From assembly GCF_964204645.1 (NCBI RefSeq), contig NC_134025.1, positions 15,128,001-15,192,000 on the forward strand: a stretch of 64,000 nt of DNA, in the 5' to 3' direction. The stretch comes from Tubulanus polymorphus. Lineage: Eukaryota > Animalia > Nemertea. The position numbers and the translations under genes are program-made. This document shows positions 35,870 to 49,299 of the stretch, one piece after another. The notes under the pieces were generated by a model, which worked only from the letters and a program-made list of their open reading frames with translations, was not told the origin of the DNA and made no database searches. Positions within the stretch are counted from its first letter, which is position 1, and every line of letters begins with the position of its first letter.

Positions 35870-36299
35870 TATTAATTCTATTAATAATTTATCTTGTTCT
35901 TCAACTGTTATATGGCCATTTAAACTTATTATATAATCTAGTGTATTCTTTAATTTATTAATTTCTTTTATATTAGTTTTAATTTTTTCTTTATAACTTT
36001 TTATATTTAATTTTGAACTTATACCGGTTAAAACACTTGAACTTAATCCTAATACACCAATTGATATTATAGCTAAAGGTGTTAATGGACTGAATATTGC
36101 TAAAAATGTTATTACAGAACTAATTGTAACCGAACCACTAATAATAAGATAATATATAATTTTACTTTTTAAATATTTTTTCTTTTTTTATCTTTAAGTC
36201 ACTTTCAAATTCTAATATTTGTTTTTCTAAATATGTTTTTAATTTAGTTTTATTTATATCATGAGGAATAATATCAATATTATCAACTTTATCTCTCAT
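35870..36299 (-). pseudogene. Small two-TM protein, frameshifted
   Basis: Nucleotide homolog of 15984-16370. Confidence 0.6.
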
Positions 36300-36317
36300 T
36301 TATTTAGAAAGAAATTA

Positions 36318-36740
36318 CTAATTAGTAAACTTATAAACAACAAATATAACAATAACTGTTCCACCTAAAATCCAAATTATTTCATATTTCTGTTGTTCTT
36401 TACTTGGGGTATAATAATCTGATAATTTAGGTTTGTATAGATGTAATTTTTCTTTATTGGTTACCGCGTTATATAAACTCATTGCATCATCAACTGATTG
36501 AAAATCTCTATGTGAAATCTTCTGATCATATAATTCTTTATTGATGTAATCCATATAGTTTTGTCTCTTTTCTCTATATTCTTCTGCAGCTTTATTGTAT
36601 TTCTCTAACGCTAAGTTATGTCTTCTTTGTTCTCCTAATGAACTATTTTTATCAATATGCTTAAATAAATAACCACCACCAGTAAATGCCAAAGCGTTAA
36701 CAATTGCCGATCCTATAATAGTTATAATTGCAGAAGCCAT
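36318..36740 (-). CDS. Small membrane-associated protein
   Basis: Homolog of 16389-16811. Confidence 0.8.
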   Translation of the reverse strand: MASAIITIIGSAIVNALAFTGGGYLFKHIDKNSSLGEQRRHNLALEKYNKAAEEYREKRQNYMDYINKELYDQKISHRDFQSVDDAMSLYNAVTNKEKLHLYKPKLSDYYTPSKEQQKYEIIWILGGTVIVIFVVYKFTN

Positions 36741-36767
36741 TTATTTAACAAAAAAATTACACACTTC

Positions 36768-36989
36768 TTATATAGGAGGAATATATTTTTGTTTTTCCAA
36801 ATAATCAATAGTTAAATTAGATAAAGTAACTGCTAATGTTAATTTCAAGATATCATTTATATCAAATCTATCAACATTAACACTTCCCATTTTAAATACT
36901 TTTTTTAATACCATTGAATAACCAACAGTTCCAACTGATAGTAATGCTCCATTATATAATCCAGTTATTATCCACTTATTATCACTCAT
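36768..36989 (-). CDS. 73-aa hydrophobic protein
   Basis: Homolog of 16837-17058; start taken at MSDNK. Confidence 0.75.
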   Translation of the reverse strand: MSDNKWIITGLYNGALLSVGTVGYSMVLKKVFKMGSVNVDRFDINDILKLTLAVTLSNLTIDYLEKQKYIPPI

Positions 36990-36993
36990 TTCT

Positions 36994-37347
36994 TTATAAA
37001 AAAAAATTACTATCATCAAAATATTTAGTTAACTTATTTATGATTATTTCAACATTTATTTCATTACTAGTTTCATTTGTATATATTTCAATTATTATTT
37101 TTTTAATATCATCTATAATAAAATCTTCATCTAATTCATAAAATCTTAAAGATTCTCTAATTAAATTAGTAATCTTTTCTATATTTAAAGTTTCTTTATC
37201 TATTGTTGTTTCATACTCAAATGTTGTTTCATTAGAAAATACAATATTTTTAATATGTGTAATTACATCATTAATGTTAAATTTCATTTCTTTCTCATGT
37301 TTAAAATCAAACCCAAAACATATACTCGGCCCAACAGTTATATTCAT
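36994..37347 (-). CDS. 117-aa hypothetical protein
   Basis: Homolog of 17059-17415. Confidence 0.75.
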   Translation of the reverse strand: MNITVGPSICFGFDFKHEKEMKFNINDVITHIKNIVFSNETTFEYETTIDKETLNIEKITNLIRESLRFYELDEDFIIDDIKKIIIEIYTNETSNEINVEIIINKLTKYFDDSNFFL

Positions 37348-37363
37348 TTATATATCAAAAAAA

Positions 37364-38119
37364 TTACTCTTTACATCTTATAACTAATTCATAAATTACA
37401 GGAAAGTTATTTAAATCAATTAAATATCCATTATGATTTCTTATTTCTAATTTGAAATTATTGAAATGTGGAATGCAAGGTTTAAAATCACATTCTGTTA
37501 AATTATAATTTATTTGAGTTCCAAATTGTTTAACATTTTTTAGCGGTAAAATATTTAGCATACTAGAACTACAAATTGTTTCTTTAGTTGCTTCGAAAGT
37601 TTTTGTAGGCTCGATTAAATTGCAATAAATATAAAAGTGTGTAAAAGGTATTATATTTGAGCTGCCTTCTGCGTTTCCAGTAACTGTAAGCGGTTTGATT
37701 CCTAACATTTTAGCCAGTGGTTTGTTTACCATAAATTTATGTTGTTCATTAGATATCTTTATTCTTATTTTATTAGTACTATCAATTTTATTAAATTTAA
37801 TTTCAAATACAGAAGTGCCCCCGATTTTCAACCGAGCTCTTCTATTAATTTCCTGCGCTAATGATTCTAAATTATATAATCCTGGTTTTAAAAATATATG
37901 AAACCATTTATCTTTATTTCTTTTATAAATCATAAACCCTCTATGTTCAAAAGTTTTATCCGATACGTTGTAAAAAGAATTACATAAACTTACATTTACT
38001 AATTTTAAATCAACACAATTCTTGAATTCTCTATCTAATTGAACTAGTAAATTATGTGATTTATAATTTGTAAGCCTTCTAGAATCAACAAATATTCTGT
38101 ATTCTTTTAATTCTACCAT
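37364..38119 (-). CDS. Putative minor capsid protein (penton)
   Basis: Homolog of 17432-18190 with a divergent middle. Confidence 0.7.
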   Translation of the reverse strand: MVELKEYRIFVDSRRLTNYKSHNLLVQLDREFKNCVDLKLVNVSLCNSFYNVSDKTFEHRGFMIYKRNKDKWFHIFLKPGLYNLESLAQEINRRARLKIGGTSVFEIKFNKIDSTNKIRIKISNEQHKFMVNKPLAKMLGIKPLTVTGNAEGSSNIIPFTHFYIYCNLIEPTKTFEATKETICSSSMLNILPLKNVKQFGTQINYNLTECDFKPCIPHFNNFKLEIRNHNGYLIDLNNFPVIYELVIRCKE

Positions 38120-38133
38120 TTATTTTACATATT

Positions 38134-38487
38134 TTATTCGAAATCTATTTCATGGTGCCCTTTTTCATTCTTACCTTTGTATACGAAATAGAAATCTCCA
38201 GAACATAATTCTTCTAAGTCTTCACTTGATAATCTATGAAATCTATCCGGTAAATATGTTCTGAATTTATATGTATTTCCTTTTAATCCTTCATATTCTA
38301 AGTGTATAACTAATTTATCTCCAAATTTGTTAGTAACTCTATCAATATTTGTAATTAGATATTTCTTATGGATTGTTAATTCTTTTAACTTCTTAAATTT
38401 ATAATCTACTGATTTGACATTTGAAGTATCTTTTATTCTATCTAGAAATAATTTCTTGTTCTCACTGTGTGTTTGTTTACTCTCCAT
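38134..38487 (-). CDS. 117-aa possible ssDNA-binding protein
   Basis: Homolog of 18208-18561. Confidence 0.65.
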   Translation of the reverse strand: MESKQTHSENKKLFLDRIKDTSNVKSVDYKFKKLKELTIHKKYLITNIDRVTNKFGDKLVIHLEYEGLKGNTYKFRTYLPDRFHRLSSEDLEELCSGDFYFVYKGKNEKGHHEIDFE

Positions 38488-38515
38488 TTATAATACATAT
38501 TTTATTAAAATTTGA

Positions 38516-41500
38516 TTAACACGTTAGAATTCTTTTCATTATCTTGTTCTCTTTTGTTTCTTCTCTTTTAAATTTTAAGTATTCATCTAAATTACAACCA
38601 TAAGCAACTGTATGAATTCCATCATCTAAAATATATCTTTTATCATCAAATGGGTTTAGACTTATCTTCTCTATTTCTTCAATAAACATTTCATGATCTT
38701 CAGATCTTAAACATCTCATCTTATGTTTTCTAACTTCTTCATTGAATATACAATTGATGTAATCTTTGAAATGAATATTCTTTTCAACAACGCTTTTGGT
38801 AATTCCTTTTAAATTTTTAGATTCATGAGTTTTAGTTTTATAACTATACATTTTAGATCTAATACCAATGAATTCAATCATTTCTTCACCACCTAATTCA
38901 TCCTTGAATTTACCGGGAACTTTTTTATTATCATTGCTTAACAATTCATGATCTTTAGGATAGTTACTAAAATCAAAATGATGTTTTAATGTTTTTAAAT
39001 CATCTGTTATGTTATCAGTTTTTATCTTTAATATGTAACTGTCAGTATCAAAATATAATATTTCTATATGTTTTTCTCCAAAAAGTGGTTGTAATACATT
39101 ATAATAGAATTCATACATTAGTAATTTTGATATTTCTAAAACTGAAGCACCAACATAGATTGGTTTATAAATTTCATTGATGTTCTTCTCATTCTAACTG
39201 CCGCTAAATTTTCATCAAATATTCTGTTACCTAAAAACTTAGGATATGATTGTAAATGCCTTATCCTTTTACCATTACTGACTAACTCAATATCATTTCT
39301 ATTTCTAATATTTTCACAAGTCTTACCATAGAATGCATTATTTATTAGTTTGAAGAAATCTTTCTCAAAATCAGTTTTAGCTTCAGTTCTCTGTTTGGTG
39401 TTAAAATCTATATATTTTTCTAACCACTTAGATTGACTAAATGAAATATATCTATGAACTCTTTTTAGAACCATTCCTTGTTTTAGATAAAACTTTAACA
39501 TTCTATAATGTACTACATAATTATATTTATCTTCTTGAGTTACCATTAACTTTTCTGTATGAATATGATTTTCGGGTTTAATTCTTTTTTGGTAATTTGA
39601 TAATTCTTCATGTGTTACAGTTTTATGTTCTGGACAGTATGCTAGATTTCTAGATTTAAATTTTTTATCTTCAGGATATTCCAAGTCTACAACAAAGAAG
39701 TAACCAGTATCTGAATCATCTGCAATATCTAGAATTCTTTTCTTCCAATCAAATTTATCATTATTTTCATGTTGTGAAACTTCAGTTAATTCAAATACTC
39801 CATAAGGTTGTGGTTCCATCATTGCCCATCCTTAAAGATTATTTGCATCTATATATAATAACTTATATCCAGGATTGTCATTTACATTGAAATATCTATC
39901 ACCTAATACACCTGAAACTCCTCCTCTTATAGATTTTTCAAATAATAGTAATTGATCTATATTTGTTAACAAATCCATTTTTATATCTGTAAATTTTAAT
40001 CCACAATCCCATGTTTAACCTGGGCTAGAATAACAATGACAAGGATCAATGTTAAAATATTTTAGGTTTACATCTCTAAACCTTTCGAATATATCGGTTA
40101 ATAATAATACATCTGATTTTAGATATAAATCTACTAATTGCCCATGATTTTTCATTCTAAAATGATTCCAAATATTCAATGTTCTATTATATACTTCATC
40201 TTTAACATATTCATTTTTTAATTCATCATAGAATTGTTCTTTTAATAATTCAGTTATGTTAAAATCATTATGTGATTTATAAAATGAATATGGAATTGCT
40301 CCTTTATATCTCATTAATTGAAAATCATCATTATTTGGGTAGTGTTGTTTTAATATTTTTAATTCATCATCAACTAATGATTTTGATAAGTTATCTAATG
40401 AACTATTTAAAAATCTATATGAATCTATAAATCTTAGGCAACCAAATTGGAATGATATATTGTCATCAAAATATTTAGTTAACTTATTTATGATTATTTC
40501 AACATTTATTTCATTACTAGTTTCATTTGTATATATTTCAATTATTATTTTTTTAATATCATCTATAATAAAATCTTCATCTAATTCATAAAATCTTAAA
40601 GATTCTCTAATTAAATTAGTAATCTTTTCTATATTTAAAGTTTCTTTATCTATTGTTGTTTCATACTCAAATGTTGTTTCATTAGAAAATACAATATTTT
40701 TAATATGTGTAATTACATCATTAATGTTAAATTTCATTTCTTTCTCATGTTTAAAATCAAACCCAAAACATATACTCGGCCCAACAGTTATATTCATTCA
40801 TTTAATTTCTTCTATTTTATGACATAACTGCTTGATAAATAAATGTGCATCATATCCTGATAGATTATGAAATATAACTGGTACAAAGTTAATTTTCTTA
40901 GCTTGTAAGTTACAATTCTCATGTGCAGCGCCTCTAAACTTTCCATTCAAATGATCATGGTCTCTTACTTTTTTATCTTTATAATTAAATATCTTTTCAC
41001 AATAATAACATTTATCTGCAAACTCAAATGCTTCTTTATCTTCTTCTGTCATTATAATTTCTATATTTGTATTCAATAATTTACTAAATCTTATTTCATA
41101 TTCAATTAATAAGTCACAAAAATGATTTATAACATTTTCATTTCTATAATGATAATATTCACTTTCAATTAGTTCTGGATAATCAGATTTAATATATAAC
41201 CCGAAAGCTGCAGCTGATTGATGAAACTTTTTAATAGTATTTGTTTTTGGTGGTTCATCTGAAAAATCATTTTCATTAGAATTTAATTTCTTTCTTTTAT
41301 AATATATTTCTTTTCTATCTTGATCAGTTAATTCTTTATTTAATGATTCAAAATCTCCATATATTACAAATGGTACTTTATTTTTGTAATCATATTTTTT
41401 GAATTCTAATATTTTATCCTTTTCATTTGGTAAAACTAATTTACAATAATCATGATTTTCACATAATTGTTTATGATTTAATAATGCACTTTCATTACTG

Positions 41501-42806
41501 AATCTATGTAAACATTTTCTACAAAGATATATTTTATTATCAAAGTCATTTTCTGATTTAAAAAATAAATCAATTCTTTTAATCCACATATAATGATTCT
41601 CATAATATAATATATCTATAACATCATTTGAATCATAATCTTTTGATAGGTATAAAGGTTCTTATGTATAATGTTAATGTTGTTACCTTTTGTATTTGGT
41701 AATTTGATTAAATCAAATACATTTATTCTTAAATTATTATCTCTTTCTATTTTTGGGATGTTTTTAATTATAACAGGATACTTATCTATCTTATAATTAT
41801 TTTCAAATGGTTTATAATGAGTTAATCTAAAACTATGTGTAATATCTTCTGTTTGGTGTAAACAACTTATTATAGCCCATAGAAAACATTTATCATCTTT
41901 ATTTTGTACATTTATAACAGCATTAGTCTTAAATGGTAGTTTAATATAACTTGATGCTTCAATATCTGGTTCTTTATAATATGATACATTATTTTCATCA
42001 ATTGGTTTTGATTTAGTTAACTTATTATATTTTGTGTTATAAACATGTAAAGTCATAAATATTATTTCATCGAATATTAAACCAGACCCTTCAAAATATT
42101 TCTCTTCTATTTTAGTTTTTACTTCATTATAACATTTATCTAATTTATCATCTATATGTTGTTTAGATATAATATGTTGTGAATGAGAATTTATATTATA
42201 TATTGTTTTATCTTCAGATTTTATGAATTTAACTTTTGATGAAATACTTATTTTAGGATATTCTACGTCTGTAATTATTTTTATTATTTCTTTCATATTT
42301 TCTAAATGTTTTTTATTTTCTTCTAATGTTTTTCCTTTATGAAATTTAAACTCGATAGCTGCTGGACCAATATCACTTTTAAATGCTTCGGTTATCTCTA
42401 TATCTTTTTTATTATCTAATGAATTAATATAATTTCTTACATCTTCCATGTATGGTCTTTTATTGTTTAATTTATTTTTTATGCTTTAAATTGTCTTCTG
42501 TTTCTTATCATTATCTTTATCAAAATAATCTTCACCTAAAATATCATTATTCTTATTTCTAATATGACTTTTAGATTTTAAGTGTTCATTATAATATCTT
42601 TTATCACTGAATGATTGATTACATGTATCACATTTATATGTTTCTTTTTCATTCTTTAATTCTTCTAATTTAGTTTCTAATATATCATCTTTATATTCTA
42701 GTTTCAATTTATTCTCTAAATGTGTTTTAGTTTTATTGTGTCTTGATTTTTGGGATTTATCTATATTGATATTACATGTTGAACAGTAGTACTTATTTGC
42801 TTCCAT
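38516..42806 (-). pseudogene. pPolB, frameshifted and interrupted by an internal duplication
   Basis: Same motifs as copy 1; 40463-40797 is a copy of ~37013-37347. Confidence 0.93.
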
Positions 42807-42992
42807 TTTAATACTAAATTTTTTATTAAAATTGATTTTAGAAGTTATTCATTTATATTTTATTCATATATATGAATATTTTAAGAGTAATAGGGAATAA
42901 GTTGTTTCATATCAAAGGTTGAAGGGGCGAGTGAGTAAAAAATAAAAAATAAATTCGAGTTTGCGAGAATTTATTTTTTATTTTTTATGAGC

Positions 42993-45900
42993 AAACTGTT
43001 TTCGTGAACAAACTGTCAGGACAGACGGACGATCAAAAACACTCACCAAATACTATGAATAATGGATATCTTGAAACGGGTGGCCATAGTGACTTTCCTA
43101 ATGATAAGTATTACTCATTAAATACTGTTAATGAATTATTTCGCACTTGTGATGCTAATTCTATTCTCTCTTTCCATACTAATGTTTGTAGTATCACTAC
43201 TATACCTCCTTGTGGTATTTTGGTGGGTTCTTTTAATGGTGATGAGACTTGTCCGATTTTGCTAGGAACAAATGTTTTGAAGCATGTGCCATCGTTTAAG
43301 TTTTTGTTCTCCCATGAAGAAGAGATACCAAGAACGCGTTTAATGAGAGTTGCTGGGAACAGTGAAATTTTGGTACCGCGAGGAGGCGTGACAACAATTC
43401 CGACTTGTGGTAAGATAGACCCAAAATCGGGGCGTTATATGTTATCAGAGTTAGCAACCCCGTTACCTGGTAATTTGATGGTCGTAGAGAGCGTTATAGA
43501 TACGGATGTTCATTCAGACCAGATCCAAGTTTGTAATATGACACAAAGTGATGTCTGGCTGAAACCAAAAACACCTATAGGAATTTTGGCTCCTGTTGGA
43601 ATTCAAACTTTGCGTATTTCGGATGTCAATGAGAATGGCATTGTTATTGACCATTTGAACACCCTGGCTGATCAGGCTGAGCATGTTTCAGATAAAGAGA
43701 TTTCTCCTGCTATTGTTAAACAGATTAATGACATATTTATTGACTTTCCAGGGACTGAAGCTGAAAAACAGGAAGGTCTTGAATTGTTTCGTAAGAATTT
43801 TGAGGTCTTTGCTGAGGGTGAATTAGATCTCGGCTACACTGATCTGGTTGAACACCACATTACTCTTACTGATGATAAACCATTGGTCCAGCCATTTAGA
43901 CGTATTCCCCCAAATGTATATCACGAATTATTGGATCATTTGCAGGTATTACAAGATCGTTCAATTATACGGCCTAGTGAGAGCCCTTATGCAAGTCCTA
44001 TTGTGATCGTTCGTAAGAAAATTACGGGTGCCATTAGTCTCAGTGTAGATTTTAGACTTTTGAATTCATACACTGTTCGTGATTCCTTTCCTTTGCCTCG
44101 TATTGGGGAAGCATTGGATGCTTTATTAGGGTCTCAGTGGTACTCCTGTATGGATCTCCAGAGTGCATACCATCGAATGAAAATGGCTGAGGAAGATATT
44201 CCTAAAACAGCATTTACAACCCCTATGGGACTTTATGAATATTTGCGTTTGCCATTCGGGTTACGGAACGCTCCGAGTAACTTTTTTAAAGACTCATGCA
44301 GTAAGCATTTAAAGATGCTATATATAAATGTGTTTTAATCTATATAGACGATATAATTTGCTATTCTAGGACGATGGGGGAGCACCTTCACCGACTAGAT
44401 ATTGTATTTCAAACTTTGAAAAAACACGGATTGAAATCGGAATTGAAAAAGTGCCAGTTCTTTAAAAAGAAAGTAATTTATCTGGGGTATGAGATCTCAG
44501 GTGAAGGTATGAGACCCGATCCCGGGAAGATAGCTGTTAATAGAGACTGGCCGGTTCCTACCACGTTAAAAGAATTGAAATCATTTCTGGGTATGGCGAG
44601 TTGGCACCGTAGATTTGTCCCGAATTTTGCACAGACTGCACGTCCTCTTCATGATCTAGTTTCCAAAGTAGGGCCAGCTACTAGATTCAAGTCGAAAAGT
44701 GTGTCTATTGGTGAATGTTGGGATGAAAACTGTCAATCTGCTTTTGGTGGGGTTAAAAAATTGTTTGGAAATGCCTGCCTGCTTTCTTTTGCAGATTATA
44801 CTTTGCCGTTCACAGTAGAAATTGATGCCTCGCAGATAGGGTTAGGGGCCATTTTGACGCAGCAAAGGGACGGTAAAAGATGTGTGATAGCTTATCAGGA
44901 AATCTGAGCGAAATATGAGCAATTACTCTAGTAAAAAGCTGGAATTGTTAGCTTTGAGATGGGCAGTTGCTGTTCAATTCCGAGACTATTTGTTAGGGTC
45001 GAAATTCACTGTACTAACAGATAGCAATCCTCTTTGCTATATTTTTACTAGGAAAAAGCTTCCTGCTTTAGAGCAGCGATGTGTTAATGATCTGGCTTCT
45101 TTTGACTTTGTGATCAATTATTTGTCTGGTGGACGTAATGTTGCTGCAGACTCGCTTTTTAGATTGAATCAGGACTCTGAGACGGAGGATGAAGATGATA
45201 ATGAATACAGTGCTATGAGCATTTGAGTCATTATTCTGAAAGAACATATATTCCATCTTATTTCAGACATAACTACGAAAGTGGAGATGTGGTGGAGGCT
45301 AAAATTCGGGCACTTTGTACTAAACTGGATGACAGATACTTCTTTTCTTCTAGATTGTCGGAAGTTGCGGAAGCGCAATATATTGATCCGGTCATCCGAG
45401 TTATTAAATCTTATGTTGCAGGTATGACTACGGATCGTGGAACATTTTCAAAAGCTCAGAAAATTTCATTTCGTGAGCATAAGAGATTAATTATTGTAAA
45501 TAATGTGTTGTACATGAAATGCGTATTGCAGGGATCTGAGGTTTTCCAATTAGTAGTCCCTGAATCTTTTAAGATTAAAGCAATGAATGCTGTGCATGAC
45601 TGCATGGGTCATCAAGGTATTACACGCACAGAGCAGTTGCTTAGAGAAAGGTTTCATTGGAAAAATCTTGCCTCTGATGTTGTTACTTCTGTAACTAATT
45701 GTAAACGCTGTTTGTTAGCGAAAAATGCTTCTAAAGTGCGAACACCATTGGGCAGAGTAAGAGCGAATCACCCTCTAGAGGTTGTGTCTATCGATTATAC
45801 TGTATTGGAAATGGCCTCTTGTGGTGAGGAAAATGTGTTAGTAATAACTGATGTTTATACTAAATTTACTGTTGCAGTTCCAACTAAAGATCAGAAGGCG

Positions 45901-47339
45901 GATACTGTCGCGAAAGCGCTAATTAATAGTTGGTTTCAAGTGTATGGGGTGCCCTAGCGAATCCATAGTGATCAAGGTAGAAACTTTGAGAGTAAGATTG
46001 TTGCTGCCTTATGTACGATTTTTGGGGTGGCGAAGTCAAGGACAACCCCGTATCACCCTGAGGGTAACGCTCAGGTTGAGCGATTTAATTCGACGCTTCA
46101 TAACTTATTGAAAACGTTGGAGTGAACAGAAACGTCACTGGCCTAAATTTCTACCTGAGTTGGTTTACTTTTACAATGTGACGCCACATCGTACTACTGG
46201 TTTTTCTCCATAGTTTATGATGTTTGGTCGTAGGCCGCAGCTGCCGTTAGAATATCTTCTAGGTACTGTTTACTCATATGACTTCCAAGGTCAATGGCTT
46301 GAGGAACATCAAAAACGTTTGAAGTATATTTGTCAAATGTCGATGGAGAAATCTGATAGAGAGGCTGCCAAACGTAAGCATGTATATGATCAAGATGTTA
46401 AACATAATCACTCTCTTTCTGTAGGTAGTTTAGTGTTTCGTCGGAAGCGATATGAAGGTCGTCATAAGATTCAAGACCCATTTGATGATGCTCTATATAG
46501 AGTGATCAGTTGTCTGAGTGAAAATGTGTATGAAATCGAAAATCTGTCCGATTCTGGGGATGTGAAAATCGTTAATAGGAACGACTTGAAACTTATTCCG
46601 GATAAACTGGCAGTGGAGTTATCCAGTTCAACTTTACCTATTGTTGATGTAGATTCTATTTCAGATGAGTCATCAGATGAATCGGATTCAGATTTTGATT
46701 ACGATTTTGTCAATGTGGACATAACATGTAAAAATGCTGGCGAAACTGGGGTACGTTCTTCAAGTAGAATCAATGCTAGAAAACGTTCAAACCCGTATAA
46801 TTTACCGAGATCAGCTCGCTTGTAAATGTTTACTCTAAATGTATGTGGATTGTTTTTTCCTCGTACATTATTATTCAACTTGTGGATTATTTTGTATTTG
46901 ATAAAATTGATTTGTTATTTTGTTATTTCAAGGAAAATTTTGGTACGGATTGTCAGGATTTGGCACGAGTGGAACCACGTTGTGGGCGTGAGTGTGGTAT
47001 TATGGAAAATACCCATTAACCAATACAGTTTATATTTCAGATTTCCCCTTTCAGTCTATCATAATGCATGTACGTGTTGCTAGCATGTCTGTAACCTTAT
47101 AACCATGTTTTTCACACTTCCTGCACCAGCAATTCCAATTGATACAAAAACCTATATATCTAACCCGCACATACCAGTGTTGCGCATTCATTCATAGACT
47201 CTAGCACGGCAGGAACAAGTGTCTGTGCATTTACTGGTGAGTTTTACGTTATACTTCGAATTTGTCAATTTTGTCTCCAGTTTATTTTCCTGTGGCATAG
47301 GTGGCAAAGCTTTATATGTTCTTCGTGGGTATAGCTAAA
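42993..47339 (+). mobile_element. Degenerate Ty3/Gypsy LTR retrotransposon, 5'-truncated
   Basis: pol in RT-RNaseH-integrase order; possible 3' LTR from ~46981 (TGT), interrupted by the Polinton derivative at 47340. LTR limits uncertain. Confidence 0.85.
43200..46825 (+). pseudogene. pol: Gypsy pol (RT, RNase H, integrase)
   Basis: SPYASPIVIVRKK, FPLPRI, LPFGLRNAP, YIDD (44341-44352); RNase H EIDAS, ELLAL, VLTD; HHCC HDCMGH...CKRC; [17 protein letters not shown]. Multiple stops and frameshifts. Confidence 0.92.
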
Positions 47340-48094
47340 AGTAATAGGGAATATGTTGTTTCAGATCAAAGGTCGAACGGTCGAGTTCATTAAAAACAAA
47401 ACATTAAAAGTAATTTAAAACTATAATATATTTTCATAACCGTGTGCATTTTATATTAAAACTAAATATTTATTCTAAGATATCAATAATTTAAAAAGCA
47501 TATTGTATTTAATCAATTGGTCGCTCCACTTCGCTACCGCTCCGCTCCGCGACCAATTGATTTATTTACAATACACACATTCATATAATCAAATATATTC
47601 AAATAATAATAATATTCAACTGAAATACACACGGTTATGAAAATATATTATAGTTTTAAATTACTTTTAATATTTGTTATTAATGAACTCGACCATTCAA
47701 CCTTTAACCTGAAACAACATATTCCCTATTACTCTTAAAATATTCATATACATGAATAAAATATAAATGAATAACATATAAATTGATAGATTATTCAATA
47801 TAAAAGTGTGAGTAAAGTGTTAGTAAAAAAGTAACGAGTAATTAACGAGCTCTTATAAATAGATATATAGATATATTTTAAACATATTTCAATATTTATA
47901 TTTGGTATGAGTTAGATTTTTAAACATTAAAAGTGTTAGTAAAGTGTGATTTATATGTGTTAAATTCTTATTTTCAATATAAAAAGTAACGAGTAATTAA
48001 CGAGTGAAATAATTCATATTTAAAACAGTGATTATTTATATTTATATGCGTTAAATTATTATTTTATGTTTAAAAGTAACGAGTAATTAACGAG

Positions 48095-48697
48095 TTGATG
48101 AAAATATCAATTTTAATAACAAAATTACTTATAAATATGAATGAACAGATACTACATTTCAAAGATATCGATTTAAATGAATTAGAAAAATATTTTACAA
48201 TCAAAAATTTCATTCCTATTAAAGATTTGTTTAAAACTGCGCGTCTTCGTTTTCAAGTGAAAAATATTACTGAATTAGTGTTTAAAAATCATTATCTGAT
48301 AATAGAGTTATCGAATGATAAAGATAAATTCTTATTCAATACAATAATTCCAAAATTCACAACATTTGATGGAATAGATAAACATTTAATGATTACAGAT
48401 GAAATGCAATCACTTTTTAATAATGAAAATTCACATAAAACATTATTTTTACACTAACGTTATTGCCCATTCAGAGAATGCTATGTTATGTTTTTCAGAT
48501 TACAAGAAAAGAGATTTATCCCTGACATTCCAAATGAAAAATCAAATAAAGATGTTGGAATTCAATGTAATTTAGATAATGAAATTGTTGCGCCTAAATA
48601 TAATCCTAATGAAAGCGTTTTATGTAATTGTGGAAAATATTATACTCGAAGCAATAAATCACACCATCTTAAATCAAAATATCATAAAACATATTGA
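48095..48697 (+). pseudogene. Hypothetical protein with C-terminal Zn finger, one in-frame stop
   Basis: ORFs 48095-48457 and 48488-48697 share a frame; CNCG...SHHLKSKYH. Confidence 0.55.
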
Positions 48698-48791
48698 AGA
48701 TAAAAACTAATAACATAACCGATGATTTAAAAACATTAAAACATCATTTTGATTTCAGTAACTATCCTAAAGATCATGAATTGTTTGGCAT

Positions 48792-49299
48792 GAAATGATA
48801 AATTGTTTGACAGTTGAAATGATAAATTGTTTGACAGTTAAAATGATAAATTGTTTGACAGTTGAAATGATAAATTATTCGACTGTTGAAATGATAAGAC
48901 AGTTGAAATGATAAATTGTTTGACAGTTGAAATGATAAATTGTTTGACAGTTGAAATGATAAATTGTTTGACAGCTGAAATGATAAATTGTTTGACAGTT
49001 GAAATGATAAATTGTTTGACAGTTGAAATGATAATTTGTTTGACAGTTGAAATGATAAATTGTTTGACAGTTGAAATGATAAATTGTTTGACAGTTGAAA
49101 TGATAAGACGGCTGAAATGATAAATTGTTTGACAGTTGAAATGATAAATTGTTTGACAGTTGAAATGTTAAATTGTTTGACAGTTGAAATGATAAATTGT
49201 TTGACAGTTGAAATGATAAATTGTTTGACAGTTGAAATGATAAATTGTTTGACAGTTGAAATGATAAATTGTTTGACAGTTGAAATGTTAAATTGTTTG
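48792..49299. repeat. 24-bp minisatellite (GAAATGATAAATTGTTTGACAGTT), about 20 copies
   Basis: Directly visible; two shortened units; no spacers. Confidence 0.95.

Larger units (their letters stand above)
24670..42992. mobile_element. Polinton/Maverick copy 2 (right terminal hairpin truncated)
   Basis: Left end AGTAATAGGG at 24670; right TIR ~42695-42992 is its reverse complement lacking the outer ~45 bp. Same gene order as copy 1 plus one extra ORF. Confidence 0.95.

Noticed and set aside
11050-39180. Antisense ORFs such as 11050, 13290, 13869, 33050, 33256, 33874, 36914, 37695 and 38989 (also 3557, 62066, 63240)
   Set aside because: Shadows of real genes on the opposite strand, with no motifs of their own.
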